Below, piece after piece: positions 1-11,002 of a stretch of 64,000 nucleotides of DNA. The stretch's first letter is position 1; each line of letters opens with the position of its first letter. The notes under the pieces were generated by a model that saw only the letters and a list, made by a program, of their open reading frames with translations, had not been told where the DNA came from and did not search any database. The stretch is from contig CM022674.1 of the NCBI GenBank assembly GCA_012295275.1, forward strand, positions 7,812,001-7,876,000, given 5' to 3'. A program made the translations under genes and the position numbers. This stretch comes from Chrysomallon squamiferum (lineage: Eukaryota; Animalia; Mollusca).

Positions 1-105
1 CAGATTTAATTTTCCGTAAAGCATTTTCTATATAAATCTGTTCAAATGAACCTTCTTCCTCATCTTCCAAATAAAAGTTAATGTAATGACCAATATAAAT
101 GTCAG
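1..105 (-). CDS. Minus-strand gene, exon truncated by window edge (ADIYIGHYINFYLEDEEEGSFEQIYIENALRKIKS), resembling the first strand/helix of a Venus-flytrap (ANF-receptor type) domain
   Basis: Acceptor GGTTTTGCAG| in phase 1, and open to position 1. The IYIG...ALxxI spacing resembles the IxIG...AxexIN start of class C GPCR/iGluR/receptor guanylyl cyclase ligand-binding domains. The domain call is tentative. Confidence 0.7.
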
Positions 106-541
106 CTGCAAAACCAATATAAAAAATTAAACAGCAGAGAGAGAGAGAGAGAGAGAGAGAGTAAAAACAGCATTAACTCAATTTCAGTTAAATAATTTTT
201 TTAAATATATATATCTCAAATATATAAATGAAAGGTAAAAACACCTGTAAGAAAAAGGGAGTTGTTTAATTTAAAAATTAAATTAAAGTACATGTTCTAT
301 AGCCTGTGTCCAAGAGACAAGACAGCATATCCCATGGTCTTTATTAACCCGGTTTATGAGCTGAGTGAATTATCTACCACAGAGCTAAATACATTTCGAG
401 TTCAAACAGTATCCAAAAAGTACATATCATATCAAGAGAAATACAATTAAAAATAGATATATAATTTAACTTGCATTTAGATAATGCATTAACATACAAA
501 ATTGTACTGTCAAGCGAGAAACAATTAAAAATAACAATTAC

Positions 542-734
542 CTGTAATTTCAATGTCATTAGTTAGTTTAGATTTCACAACAACATTGTCCATATTTGTA
601 ATTTCAAAGTGCAGTTTCACTGCTGATATTGGCTGGCATATGGAACCTTTAAAAATACCTTTGCCTTTGTACATTATGAAAGATGCATCAGTGGACAGAC
701 AGGCTGTTCCTGGTGTTGCTTTCACTGTTACATG
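542..734 (-). CDS. Minus-strand gene, exon (HVTVKATPGTACLSTDASFIMYKGKGIFKGSICQP...NDIEIT)
   Basis: Acceptor TGTTAG| in phase 0; donor ACAG|GTAATT in phase 1. It overlaps ORF 525..725. Confidence 0.82.
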
Positions 735-1024
735 CTAACATATATATACAAATAAAAAAGAAAAGAAAAGAAAAAATTATCCAATATTTATTTCAAACAT
801 CTAATTCTAATCTCCATTTGTAACACCTTTTCAATCAAATCTTTATTTATTTCAAGTAACTATTTTCAAAAGTCCTTTTCAGAAATTAATTATTTTTGTC
901 ACTTGGCCAACAAAATATTATTATCCCAATTCCTTTGTTTGAACTCAGTGTAATAAAAAAAAGATACTCTTTTATTTTGTGCTCTTTGTATGTACAGTAA
1001 ATTATTTTTAAAGTGTAAACTCAC

Positions 1025-1173
1025 AAGTCTAGAGTCACGTCCTGTTTTAATTAAATCTTTTTTTCTATCTATAACTGCCACTTCAATGTAAGGATAAATA
1101 GGAAAATTGGCTCCATTCTTCTTAGATATCGTATTTAATGGTGTTAATATAACAAGTTCTGCTGCAGTTTGGG
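1025..1173 (-). CDS. Minus-strand gene, exon (AQTAAELVILTPLNT...IEVAVIDRKKDLIKTGRDSRL)
   Basis: Acceptor TTTTCCAG| in phase 1; donor CTT|GTGAGT in phase 0. It is similar to exon 4 (LEVLDFKKKRLTTGLDSS vs VAVIDRKKDLIKTGRDSR). Confidence 0.82.
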
Positions 1174-1439
1174 CTGGAAAATAAAAATCAACATAAAAAT
1201 AAAAATAATATACATCTGTGCACACACACACACCCGCACACACACACACACTGAATAACACTGAAAAAGCACTACCAAGAAAAGTTGGGTTTCTAAAAGA
1301 TAATCTAAGAAATAAATGATTATGCTGTGAACAGCAACAAACAAATGATTGATAGAGACAACAAATGAAAAAATGAAAAAGGCCACACAATCATTAATTC
1401 ATCTACGTATAAAAAACATGTGGGATCACAATGAAAAGT

Positions 1440-1990
1440 CAAAAGCACATTTCATCATTGTCTGCAGCAATATAAATTATTCAACATCTTCTCATTGACC
1501 TATTAAGTCTGTGAATTGTGTTCTGTGGAATATCATTTCATTCCTGCTGTAGTGTTTTTTCCAGTTATGGAACACATAAACATGCATTCACCAAGGCAAT
1601 CTGAAAGATGCTCAACAGGTGCTGTGTGAACTAAGGCATTGTCTTGCTGAAATGTGTGCCTATCCCTATGTTGATGAAATAATGGAATGACATTATCCAG
1701 AGTTCTGTTCAATGATGACAACTACCAATGATCCATCTGCACAAGGCAGCACTGTGGCAATGAACACTATACCTCTGCCATATCTGCAGCTGACCATCAG
1801 CATTCCATAAATGGAAATGGGATTCCTCAGAAAATACCATTATAATCTTCAATGACAATACCTTTCTGCCAAATACTGACATTCATTTCAGTATCAGTCA
1901 GTCAAGTGAGCATGCAGCCCAGCAATACAACATGGCTGCACTAATAACCTTCATCAAAATGAACAGATGGTTCAGTTCTGGCACCTCACA
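1440..1990 (-). mobile_element. Degenerate Tc1/mariner DNA transposon (transposase relic) in an intron
   Basis: Minus-strand translations give, in the correct order, VFSEESHFHLWNADGQLQIWQR (Tc1 VLFSDES.F.L...DG..RVWRR), FQQDNALVHTA (FQQDNA..H.A) and NDIPQNTIHRLNRSMRRC (W..IPQ..I..LI.SM.RRC), with stops and deletions. Confidence 0.85.
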
Positions 1991-2524
1991 GTGTACACAT
2001 ATATACATATATATTTACTTCTAATTTATGGTAAAGCAGTTAACAAATATCAATACATTTTAAACTATTTCACTAAAATGCATTAAAAATAGATTCCAAA
2101 GTTAGACATCAGCTTTTCAAACAGATATTAAAAATTGAAACTTTAATATTAGCAAACAGAAAATAATTCTAATGAATGAAATTAAATGAAAGTTACATCT
2201 GTTTTAGTTACATTATTCATACATTTTGCATTTTTAATCACTGCTTTAGTTTTATTATCAAAAATTTTAAAACTATTTTGTCCATTTAAAATATACAAGA
2301 AATAAATCATTTATGAAATATTATTTGGCATTTTAAAATCCATTTAAGACTTTTTCTACTTTAAAATAAACCTTTTTCTACATAATTTAATAACCTGCCC
2401 CAAATTTAAAAAAAAATAATCCACATAAAAATGCACATAAACACAATATGACAATAATTATCAGATATACATTTTTGAATAATTTATAATATGACACAAA
2501 GCAAATACAGTTTTTTCATTTTAC

Positions 2525-2864
2525 CTTTAATAATAAAGGCTTTAGCATGTTTGTAAATTGGAAATTCTGATTTATTCTGGATTCTTAACTCTTTTACACT
2601 TTGTGCAACTGGCTTCATAGAATTTAAACTTTTCTCATCTTCATCATCTTTATAGATGTCACCAAGAACTGGATAAAGCCCCCATGGATCATTTGATGGT
2701 TTGAAAGTTGCTTTTAGTGTTATATTACCAGTTGCCAAGATCCTGATATCTGAGAAAACTGCCAGTCCTTTTTGTGCTCTCCTTATAACATAGGTGAAAC
2801 CTGTTTTGGGATCTGCAGCACTGTTTGTGCCATTCATCTCTACCTTTGGAGAAATATTCAACAA
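2525..2864 (-). CDS. Minus-strand gene, exon (…EMNGTNSAADPKTGFTYVIRRAQKGLAVFSDIRILATGNITLKATF…AFIIK); 5' boundary uncertain (2864, 2843 or 2839)
   Basis: Within ORF 2484..2864, with a phase-1 donor AAAG|GTAAAA. It carries a G.A.FSD.RI...G..TL.A motif typical of a beta-sandwich repeat end. Confidence 0.78.
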
Positions 2865-3040
2865 CTTAAAATGTAATTATGGTGATACAAATAAATGATA
2901 AAATTCTTTAAAGTTCAAAATTATTATTTTACTACTTTAGACAATCTATCATCATACATAAAGTATGACAATAAAATATTACTACCACAAACCATTGCAG
3001 TGCTGATATTTAATGCTGGAATAATGATGTTATTGCATAC

Positions 3041-3059
3041 CTGGTAGAAATGTATTTTT
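3041..3059 (-). CDS. Minus-strand gene, candidate 19-nt microexon (KNTFLP)
   Basis: Strong acceptor CATTTCATTTCAG| and donor CAG|GTATGC; phase 0 in, phase 1 out. It requires the next exon to use the TAG|AG-ATG acceptor near 2839. Confidence 0.4.
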
Positions 3060-3261
3060 CTGAAATGAAATGTCTGAGCAGTACCCATGTACATGATTAC
3101 AAGGTATTCTTTGTTTTTTCTTTTTCTAAAACTGTATTTCTAAATTTTATTATTGTTTCTATATATTTTTCAGTTTGCATATCATTTCTAGATTATGAAA
3201 ATTAAAAATAAATAATAAAAGTTAATTGTTTTTATTAAAGAACATTAAGTAAATTGCTTAC

Positions 3262-3300
3262 TGGATTATAATTCAAGGCTACATTTTCTTTTTTTAACCA
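3262..3300 (-). CDS. Minus-strand gene, candidate 39-nt microexon (WLKKENVALNYNP)
   Basis: Acceptor TTCAG|, donor CCA|GTAAGC, phase 0-0, stop-free. Confidence 0.55.
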
Positions 3301-3410
3301 CTGAATCATAACAAAGTTTTAATTTCTTAAAGCAAAATTTCTTAAAGAATTCTTTAAACAGTCATATCAAAGTTTTGTAAAATGAAGCTGAAGAATAAAA
3401 AAGAAATTAC

Positions 3411-3580
3411 ATGTGTTCCAACAGTATTATATGCAGCAATAAGAACATAAACTGAAGAATCAAGGCCTGTAGTTAAGCGTTTTTTCTTAAAATCCAGTAC
3501 TTCCAAAACCTGACTGAATCCATTGTTTGCAGTAACTGTGGTAAGATTATCATCACAAAACTGCACATATCTAGCAGTAT
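3411..3580 (-). CDS. Minus-strand gene, exon 4 (NTARYVQFCDDNL...LEVLDFKKKRLTTGLDSSVYVLIAAYNTVGTH)
   Basis: Acceptor TTATAG| in phase 1; donor CAT|GTAATT in phase 0. It contains the first half of internal repeat 1. Confidence 0.78.
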
Positions 3581-4744
3581 CTATAATAGCAAAACAGAAA
3601 TAAAAATAAATCCATTATATAACATACAAATTTAATTAAATTTTAACAGTATCTATATTTTTATTTTGTAGTGTACACACACAAACACACACACACACAC
3701 ACACAACAAAATAAATAATCTAGCATTTTTTATAATGCAGTTTATAATGATTGACTTCCACATTGAAATATTAGTTGTACTGTACTTCAGACTGAAAAGA
3801 CCTAAATTCATAACTTATAAAATTAAGATATGAACATAGCATAGGTAATAATGAATGTTAAACATTATTTTCTATATTGGTGACATGACAGAGAGAGAAA
3901 CAATACAGTTACTTAACTGACTACTGATAATAAGTAGCAAACAAGTATGCATCTTTCCCAAAGGTGTGTTAATCAGAAAAAACAAACACCTGTAATAAAT
4001 AATTTGCACTTTAGCCTGCTTTTCTGACATAGCTACACACATACACATATCTAGTTATAAATATTTTTCTTACTCTCTCTATAGGTATGTAGACAAATGA
4101 GTTATAGCTTCTTTTTTTTTATTAAGTTCACCAAATGCACAAGAATGTGTTTCTTGCAACTTGAAATATGCATTCCATATATGTGTGTGTATTTGTGTTA
4201 TAAGAAAGGAAACCCAAGTTATTCAGTGGACTACTTTTATCAATGTATTTTCCCTAAAAACAAAAAACAAACAAACAAACAAGCTGTTATTTTTCTATTG
4301 CATCTATCTATAAAATATATTTTATATTATTTTGTTTAATTGTTCACTTATTCACAAGAATATTTTTTTATACTGAATATCAGTTCAAGCAGTTATTATT
4401 TAGTTATTTTTAGATAACTGGATCAAGTGTCTTCAGTATTCATAACTGGCTATTTCTCATCACAATCAATGCTCACCATTTCTTTATTAAAAAGGCTTTG
4501 CGAAATTTTTTGTCCATGGAAAGATGAAAAATCAGGCTAAAGTGCTAATTATTTATTATAGGTGTTTGTTTTTTCTGATTAACAAACCTTCGGGAAATTT
4601 TTTATAGTGTAAATAAAAGTGTGAGCTGATCATATTTTAACTCTGTGGATATAAAAAACAGCTGTGTCTATTATTTTGCTTGTAATTATGTGCTTATTTC
4701 ATTCAGTAAATAACATTTATTTTTACATTTTTACAATTTCTTAC

Positions 4745-4947
4745 TTTCAATTAACACAGGGTATGTGATGCTTGTCACTGTTGTATTGTCTGGCAACATG
4801 ACCGTGAATTTATATACTCTTTTATTTGAAGGAATTTTAGTTACATTTCGATGATAGTGGAATAAACTGTGTGCAGAAAGCTTCCCTTCATTTAGTCTTA
4901 GTAATTTGTAAAGTTTCAATCTATCTTTGTTTTCACCACACAACAGG
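4745..4947 (-). CDS. Minus-strand gene, exon 3 (NLLCGENKDRLKLYKLLRLNEG...TSITYPVLIE)
   Basis: Acceptor GTCTTTCAG| in phase 2 matches exon 2; donor A|GTAAGA in phase 1. It lies within ORF 4731..4976. Confidence 0.82.
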
Positions 4948-5627
4948 CTGAAAGACATAGAACAAATACACAGCATTTCTCATTTACAATTTTAATTTTG
5001 TTATTTTAAAAAACACTTGTATCCACTATATAAAAACACACATGTGGACACACTTATACAGACACATTTTTAACTGATGTATTGTTTTTAACCGCAAATA
5101 TACAATTTACTATGTCATTTTTGTATTATTTCATGTTTTTTAAATTTATGAATTTTAATGAATTTAACTGAACACAATATTTTTATTGTTTATGAAATAA
5201 AATATAGTGATGTTTTCCATATGATTTTTGCTACTGTATATCTACTGTTGAACTACCAGATTTTGTAAAATATAGAGAATCTAAGAATGTAAAAATAATC
5301 ATAGAATCTTTTTTTACTTTTTAACATAAAGATTATAATTCTAGATATGTGAGATAAAGTATCTCCAAACATAAATATCTGCAGAATGGATAGAGTTAAC
5401 CAATACAAAACAAGCTTGTTAAAAAATATTTAAAGTTGATGCACCACTTTCATAACTAACAAATATTCATTAGAATCTTTGAAGAAAATTTGAGGGATTA
5501 ATGAACTCTTTATACCCTTGATAATCTGTGTCATTTGGTCACAGACATAAAGAATTAAATAGAATAATATATATATATATATTTTGTAAAAGTAAATATT
5601 TGTATTTGTAAATTTATATTATTGATA

Positions 5628-5683
<56 letters not shown>

Positions 5684-5851
5684 TTGTGTATTATTATTAA
5701 GTTTATAATACTGTTAATTCTTAATTTAATTTACAAAGTATCTGTACCTTCGTAGAAATATACCTAGATTAACTTATATTTTCTATGGTATAAATAGCAT
5801 TATAAACATGTTTAAACAATGAAAAAATAGTTTTTCCATAAAATTACTTAC

Positions 5852-6173
5852 TTTCTTTTATACGCAAAAGTAATGTCAAAAATTACTGTGTATTGACACA
5901 GGGCTCCTCCGTCATGTTTCCATTGGTCAACTGCTCCTTTTTTCTTTCTGAACACTTCATAATCAAGTGACTCTATTTTGAAAGGTGATTGAGCGATTGC
6001 CCCATGCTCTGCCGACGTTACTCTAACCTTATCTTTTACCAGGTAAGCAACTATTGGGTAAGTCGGTATATGATTTAAAGGGAGACTATAACGTTTATCA
6101 TAATCATTAGGGATTACATATGGTGGTGAATACAGTCGGTCAAAATAAAGTCCGATGTCTCCAAATGAGTAAT
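5852..6173 (-). CDS. Minus-strand gene, exon 2 (DYSFGDIGLYFDRLYSPPYVIPND...GGALCQYTVIFDITFAYKR)
   Basis: 322-nt stop-free frame between acceptor TTTAG| and donor AA|GTAAGT; phase 1 in, phase 2 out. Not listed in the ORF track. Confidence 0.82.
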
Positions 6174-6465
6174 CTAAATTTTAAATAAATAAAAAATAAA
6201 AACAAAAATACATTTACACAGATACACAAATATAAATTATTAAAAAGGAGTAATAGTATTAATACATTTAATTATAATCTAAATTGTTTTGATATTATAA
6301 TTACTCCTGTAATAGAAAAACTAATATAACATTCATGATTATCATATCGTTATTTATGAAACAAAAAATATATAAGCACAAGTTTAATTATCATTATTAT
6401 TATAATCATAATAATAAACAAATTAACAGTAGACATTACAATAGTTTTTAACATAAAACACATAC

Positions 6466-6520
6466 CAAACAACCAAAAATATCCGAAGAGATTTAACAGA
6501 ATTTGATTAATAATTTCCAT
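6466..6520 (-). CDS. Minus-strand receptor-like gene, coding exon 1 (signal peptide MEIINQILLNLFGYFWLF)
   Basis: ATG at 6520, hydrophobic N-terminus, and a phase-1 donor TTTG|GTATGT. It splices in frame to 5852-6173, giving ...FWLFDYSFG/DIGLYF, a plausible cleavage site. Confidence 0.72.
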
Positions 6521-9490
6521 TCCTTCGCTTTTCCTGTGCAGAAGACAACGTCAACAAATGACATCATATTTTTGGCGGGAATATATTGGAATAGTCGATT
6601 TCTGTTTCTCGGTTTGTTTTATATATATATATATTTTCTTTCCTTCACATTTTTAAATCAGGTCTTTTTTAGAGCAGGTCTTTTCTTGTAAAATAAATAA
6701 ATGTACTGAATTCTTTCAAGATTTAATGAGGTGGGAAAAGCTAAAGTGAAGATATTTTTCGTCGATAAATTTTGCATACTTTTATAATGGCAAAAGAAAA
6801 TTTCAAAAGCGAAACAATGAAGATATATATTCTCTAAGTCAACAGAATGGACATTGTGAACGGGTATTGGCGAAAAGTATTATTTTGTCACCTAGCTATA
6901 TCATATGAAATGTACCAAATATAAACTGTCATTCTAGTTTCACATTAAAATATATATATATATATATCCAAAAATTTAGAACAATCTAAACATTCATTTT
7001 TTATTTAAAAATAAATATTACTCTCATTGTTTATTTCTACTTCCGGTATGTTAAATATATTAATACAGAATTTGTATACACAACGGATTAAAGATAAAAT
7101 AACTTTTTGGAGTGTGAAGGAAAGATTATTAGGACACTATTAAAGCCAAAATAACAGAACTTATTACAGAAACCTGTACATATTATTATACGTACTCGAT
7201 AGATGTAAATAATATGTGTCTTTCGTTATTGGGGGTTCTCTCTTTTTTTTTTTTTTAAATACTGACTTCGATAAATTTCTTATTATTTGCACACACAGAA
7301 CTATACACATACATACTTCTCACCGATCTATCTTTTTCTGAAACATTTAATTTACATTTAATATGTTTAAGGGCGACAACTCCTCTGGATCTTATAATAA
7401 TATCACAGGTAAAACAAAAATCAGTTATATATATTTTAATAATTATTATTCAGTTGTCCCAATAAACAGTATTATTTTTTTTACTAAATAATGGAACATT
7501 TGAAACACTGTGTAAAAGTTCTATAGAACTAATTATTTCTTATTTACATTTATGTTTATTTCTCAGTCGATCAGCCATTTTAACAAAATCGTTTTAGAAC
7601 GTATACGATATTTATAGATTATCTTATTACTGAATGTAAGTAATTCTTCATAGTGATAAATATAAACATTAAATCAGTTCAGTAAATCATGTGGCATAAG
7701 ATTTTTTTAAAATTATTTTAAAATTTTTATAACGTAATATATATAATTTAATTTTTCTTTTTTCTTTTATTTATTTACTTATTATTATTGTCATTTTTAT
7801 AAAATTTTGACTTTAATAGGTCTACGCATTTAAAAAAGTCGATAGACCTACAATTAATCATTATTTTCACCGACTGGACATTAAATTCCAACAACCGCGC
7901 AATGTAATCTATTTTTACAACCTATGTGAATTGGGTTTTGTTGTTTCGTCAGCTGTCAAAATAGAATTTTTATCGCAGTGTACTTAAAAACGTAGGTTTC
8001 ACATGGCAGACATATTTTAAAACTGAATATTTTTCACTGTTTGTTCTAATGCTCCAACATGTATTGACAGACATACCAATCACAGTGCGGGAATGCTGTG
8101 TATACATACAAGAAGTACCTTTTAGACAGATCAAAATAACGCCGATTCACAACAGACGTACACAAATAGAAAGCGCGCTCTGGTTTCGTCGGCGACAACA
8201 AAACGTTACGGAGATTTCGTCTGCGTATTATTTATTATCTGCAACGTCAGCTTTTTAAAAATATTTACCTTAGAGGGGTTTTTGCTGGGAAGAGGGGACC
8301 TCACATTCTCGCGCACATGCATTCATTTCTTCGTACCCGCGCTAATAATTTTTAATGCAGTCTTCATAATAAATTACTTCAGAACTAATCATAACAGCAT
8401 ACACATACATAGCCATACCATGGCCTATAATTAAATCATGTACGGGGTACAGACTGGAATGAAAGTAGGGCAATTATCGCATTTAGGAAGACTGAGCTTG
8501 AAGACCCACCGTCCTTCAAAAAGTCAGCTAACTAAAATAATAAATAGAGTTCTAAGTTTAGTGGTTTCACTAATAATGCATCAACTGCATCAGTTGGAAT
8601 GGCGAACTTTTGGTTGCTTTTAAATAAATAACAAAAATAACAATTTAAAAAATAGCAACTAGAAGTCAGCTATTTAGTTATTTTTCTGTGTAATACAAAG
8701 GTTAGAATGCCGAAATGCAGTGAGGCTCTGCCTAGATAACGTTTTCTGTTATTTTTAAAACGAAATAGTTTTCGTTATGGTTTAATATTGTATAATTATA
8801 TGGGTCTAAGTGCAATAATTTTATTTAACGAGACAAAAGAATAAGAACAATTATAATACGTTATCGCAGTTTCTTATTATTATTACTTTGCTACGCAAAC
8901 TATTTACACATATAATCAGGCTATATTTGTATCCATTCAGTGATGCCTTTATGATGAATTTCATCTTGAAATCTTTAATATCTTCACTTTTTTTCTGCAG
9001 TCGTACTCAGAAATTTATGATAAAAAGGAAATAATTCGCCCTCATTGTACGAACGAAAATAACTTATTCCTGTTTCTTTCTCGTCGCTGTTGGCAGTTAA
9101 TTCATTTTCATCTATTTAATTCACATTGACAGTATATGAAACTAAATGCAGAAAAAACAATAAATTAAACAAATAATAATAATAATAATAATAATAATAA
9201 TCACACACTCATCAATCAGTCAATAATTTCTCACTATTCATTGATAACTGCGTTTGATGATAATATTATCGACAAGCAAGGTCCTGCTACAAATTCGGGA
9301 ATTATCGTATCTTTCCGCCGTCGCAAGTCTCGCCAGGCTGCCGAGTACATACATGTATGTTACCTTGACTGTGACAAGAGGAAACTTTACATGAGAAGTG
9401 TTCAGTAAATTTATATGGCAACCGCCCCAGAAAGAGGGTCGCATTGGATGTGAAAGTTTTTCACTTCTCCTTTAGGGAGTTCTTTCCGAA
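6521..9490. promoter_or_regulatory. Divergent (head-to-head) promoter/5'-UTR region between the minus-strand gene and agrin
   Basis: It lies between two outward-facing ATGs, and CpG is visibly retained relative to the flanking gene bodies. It contains an E2F-like TTTGGCGGGAA (6571-6581), an ETS-like ACTTCCGG (7039-7046) and a GC box CCGCCCC (~9422). Confidence 0.65.
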
Positions 9491-9944
9491 ATGGAAGGAG
9501 GTAAAATTGTGTGTGTGAGTGTTTGGGTTTGTCTCGTGTTTCTTTCGTTTTGTCAACTTCACACTTGCCGAAAGACGGGCTGTCACGAAGAAACTCTTGA
9601 AATTCGAGAGGAACATGCGAATGTCGTTATATCTGGGACTGTCAGAGAAATTATACCTGATTCGAATGGAGATAAAATGTATAAAAGCCGGATCGAGGTG
9701 AAGCGAATTTTTAAAGGCAATTCCATCGTGAACTCGGTGGCAAATTTTGAAGATCCTGTGACCCATCACAAAATGTTGATGGTAGAAGGATTTGGAGATA
9801 ACTCTATATGTGACAGTGATGTTCGACCACACGACACTAGGATATTTTTACTAAATAACGAATCTTACGGTGTGTTAAAACTTAACTCTAGCATAGTGCC
9901 AATTACTTTAATTAACCTGGAACATACAGACGCCATTGTTAAAG
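9491..9944 (+). CDS. AGRN: Agrin first coding exon: signal peptide + N-terminal agrin (NtA, laminin-binding) domain (secreted LN-type isoform)
   Basis: The ORF reads MEGGKIVCVSVWVCLVFLSFCQLHTC (hydrophobic signal peptide), then CHEETLEIREEHANVVISGTVREII...EVKRIFKG...VEGFGDNSICDSDVRPHDTRIFLL...LKLNSSIVPITLINLEHTDAIVK. This matches recalled NtA motifs (C.E..LE.REE.ANVVLTGTVEEI; V.GFGDP.ICD..V..GDTRIFF; LNSSL..ITL.NLE). It ends at a phase-1 donor AAG|GTACGT (454 nt = 151 codons + 1). Confidence 0.93.
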
Positions 9945-10928
9945 GTACGTTTTAATTTTTCTGTTTTTTTTCTTCTGTAAGTCAACCATTTTATTCATTA
10001 CATTTTAGTTATATTTTAAAATAATTTAGAAATTTTATCTTGTATTTAAATAACTTTTACATGATTCACGATATTTTAAAATAGCTAAGCTTGAAAAACA
10101 TTTAAAAGACGCTGTAAATGTGAGGCTTATGATAATAGTTAAATTTCCCGCCTCCAAAATTGTTGCAGTTGCCCAAACTGTTTTTCGTTAACCACATAAA
10201 TGAATATTTTGCTTATTAACAATTATACAGATTTAATAACAATATTAAAAAGAAACTTCCTTTAGACTGGAATGTAACTAGATTACTAGGTTAAATCCAT
10301 TTGGTGGCTGCTAAACCCGTGTTACACTCTTCCATTGTTGAAAATTACGTCTGGAAAAAAACCCGTCAAGTGACGTCTGACATTGACTGTCGCGTGGCTT
10401 ATGATCTACGTCATGTTTGTTAACATTTACAATATTCTAATCGTCTGCAATCACATTTAATGTTTTATAAAATAAGAATGACAGTATACCTGAAATTTTA
10501 AAAATTTAGTTTGTTTTAAATTAGAAACAAAAGGACTGCCTGTAGCAGTTGGTTGTGATAGTACTAGGTGTGTTTTTTTTTGTTGAATATCCAACATTTG
10601 CTGATTTTTTTTAATAATAATATTAATAAAGCTGAACATATGTTATTCTTTATACATTCATATGTGTAAAAGACAGATATTTAATACAAGTTACAGTTCA
10701 CTAGTTGTGATTAGCTACCAAGAATAGATTACCGTTTGAGAGATAACACACTATACTCAATTAGCCACCTACACTTGAGGTATACGTGCGTTTAGTGCTT
10801 GCGTGATGCATAATAATCAGATCTGATTGTTTAGACAACAGAATGGCATAAGCATGACGTGTCATGATTTGATACATTGCTTATATGCATTCATATGTCT
10901 TATTTAATGTTCCAGAATCTGCTTGTGA

Positions 10929-10998
<70 letters not shown>
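10929..10998. repeat. Compound (TA)n(GA)n microsatellite
   Basis: Directly visible. Confidence 0.95.

Positions 10999-11002
<4 letters not shown>

Noticed and set aside
5748-5763. Possible 16-nt microexon in the minus-strand gene
   Set aside because: It has a weak acceptor and would break the phase-2 join between exons 2 and 3, which already splice in frame.
6493-6567. Alternative upstream start MMSFVDVVFCTGKAKEWKLLIKFC for the minus-strand gene
   Set aside because: It is out of frame with the signal-peptide exon and terminates early; at most a uORF if the TSS lies upstream, which cannot be determined here.
9461-9832. Minus-strand 123 aa ORF
   Set aside because: Antisense shadow of the agrin NtA exon.
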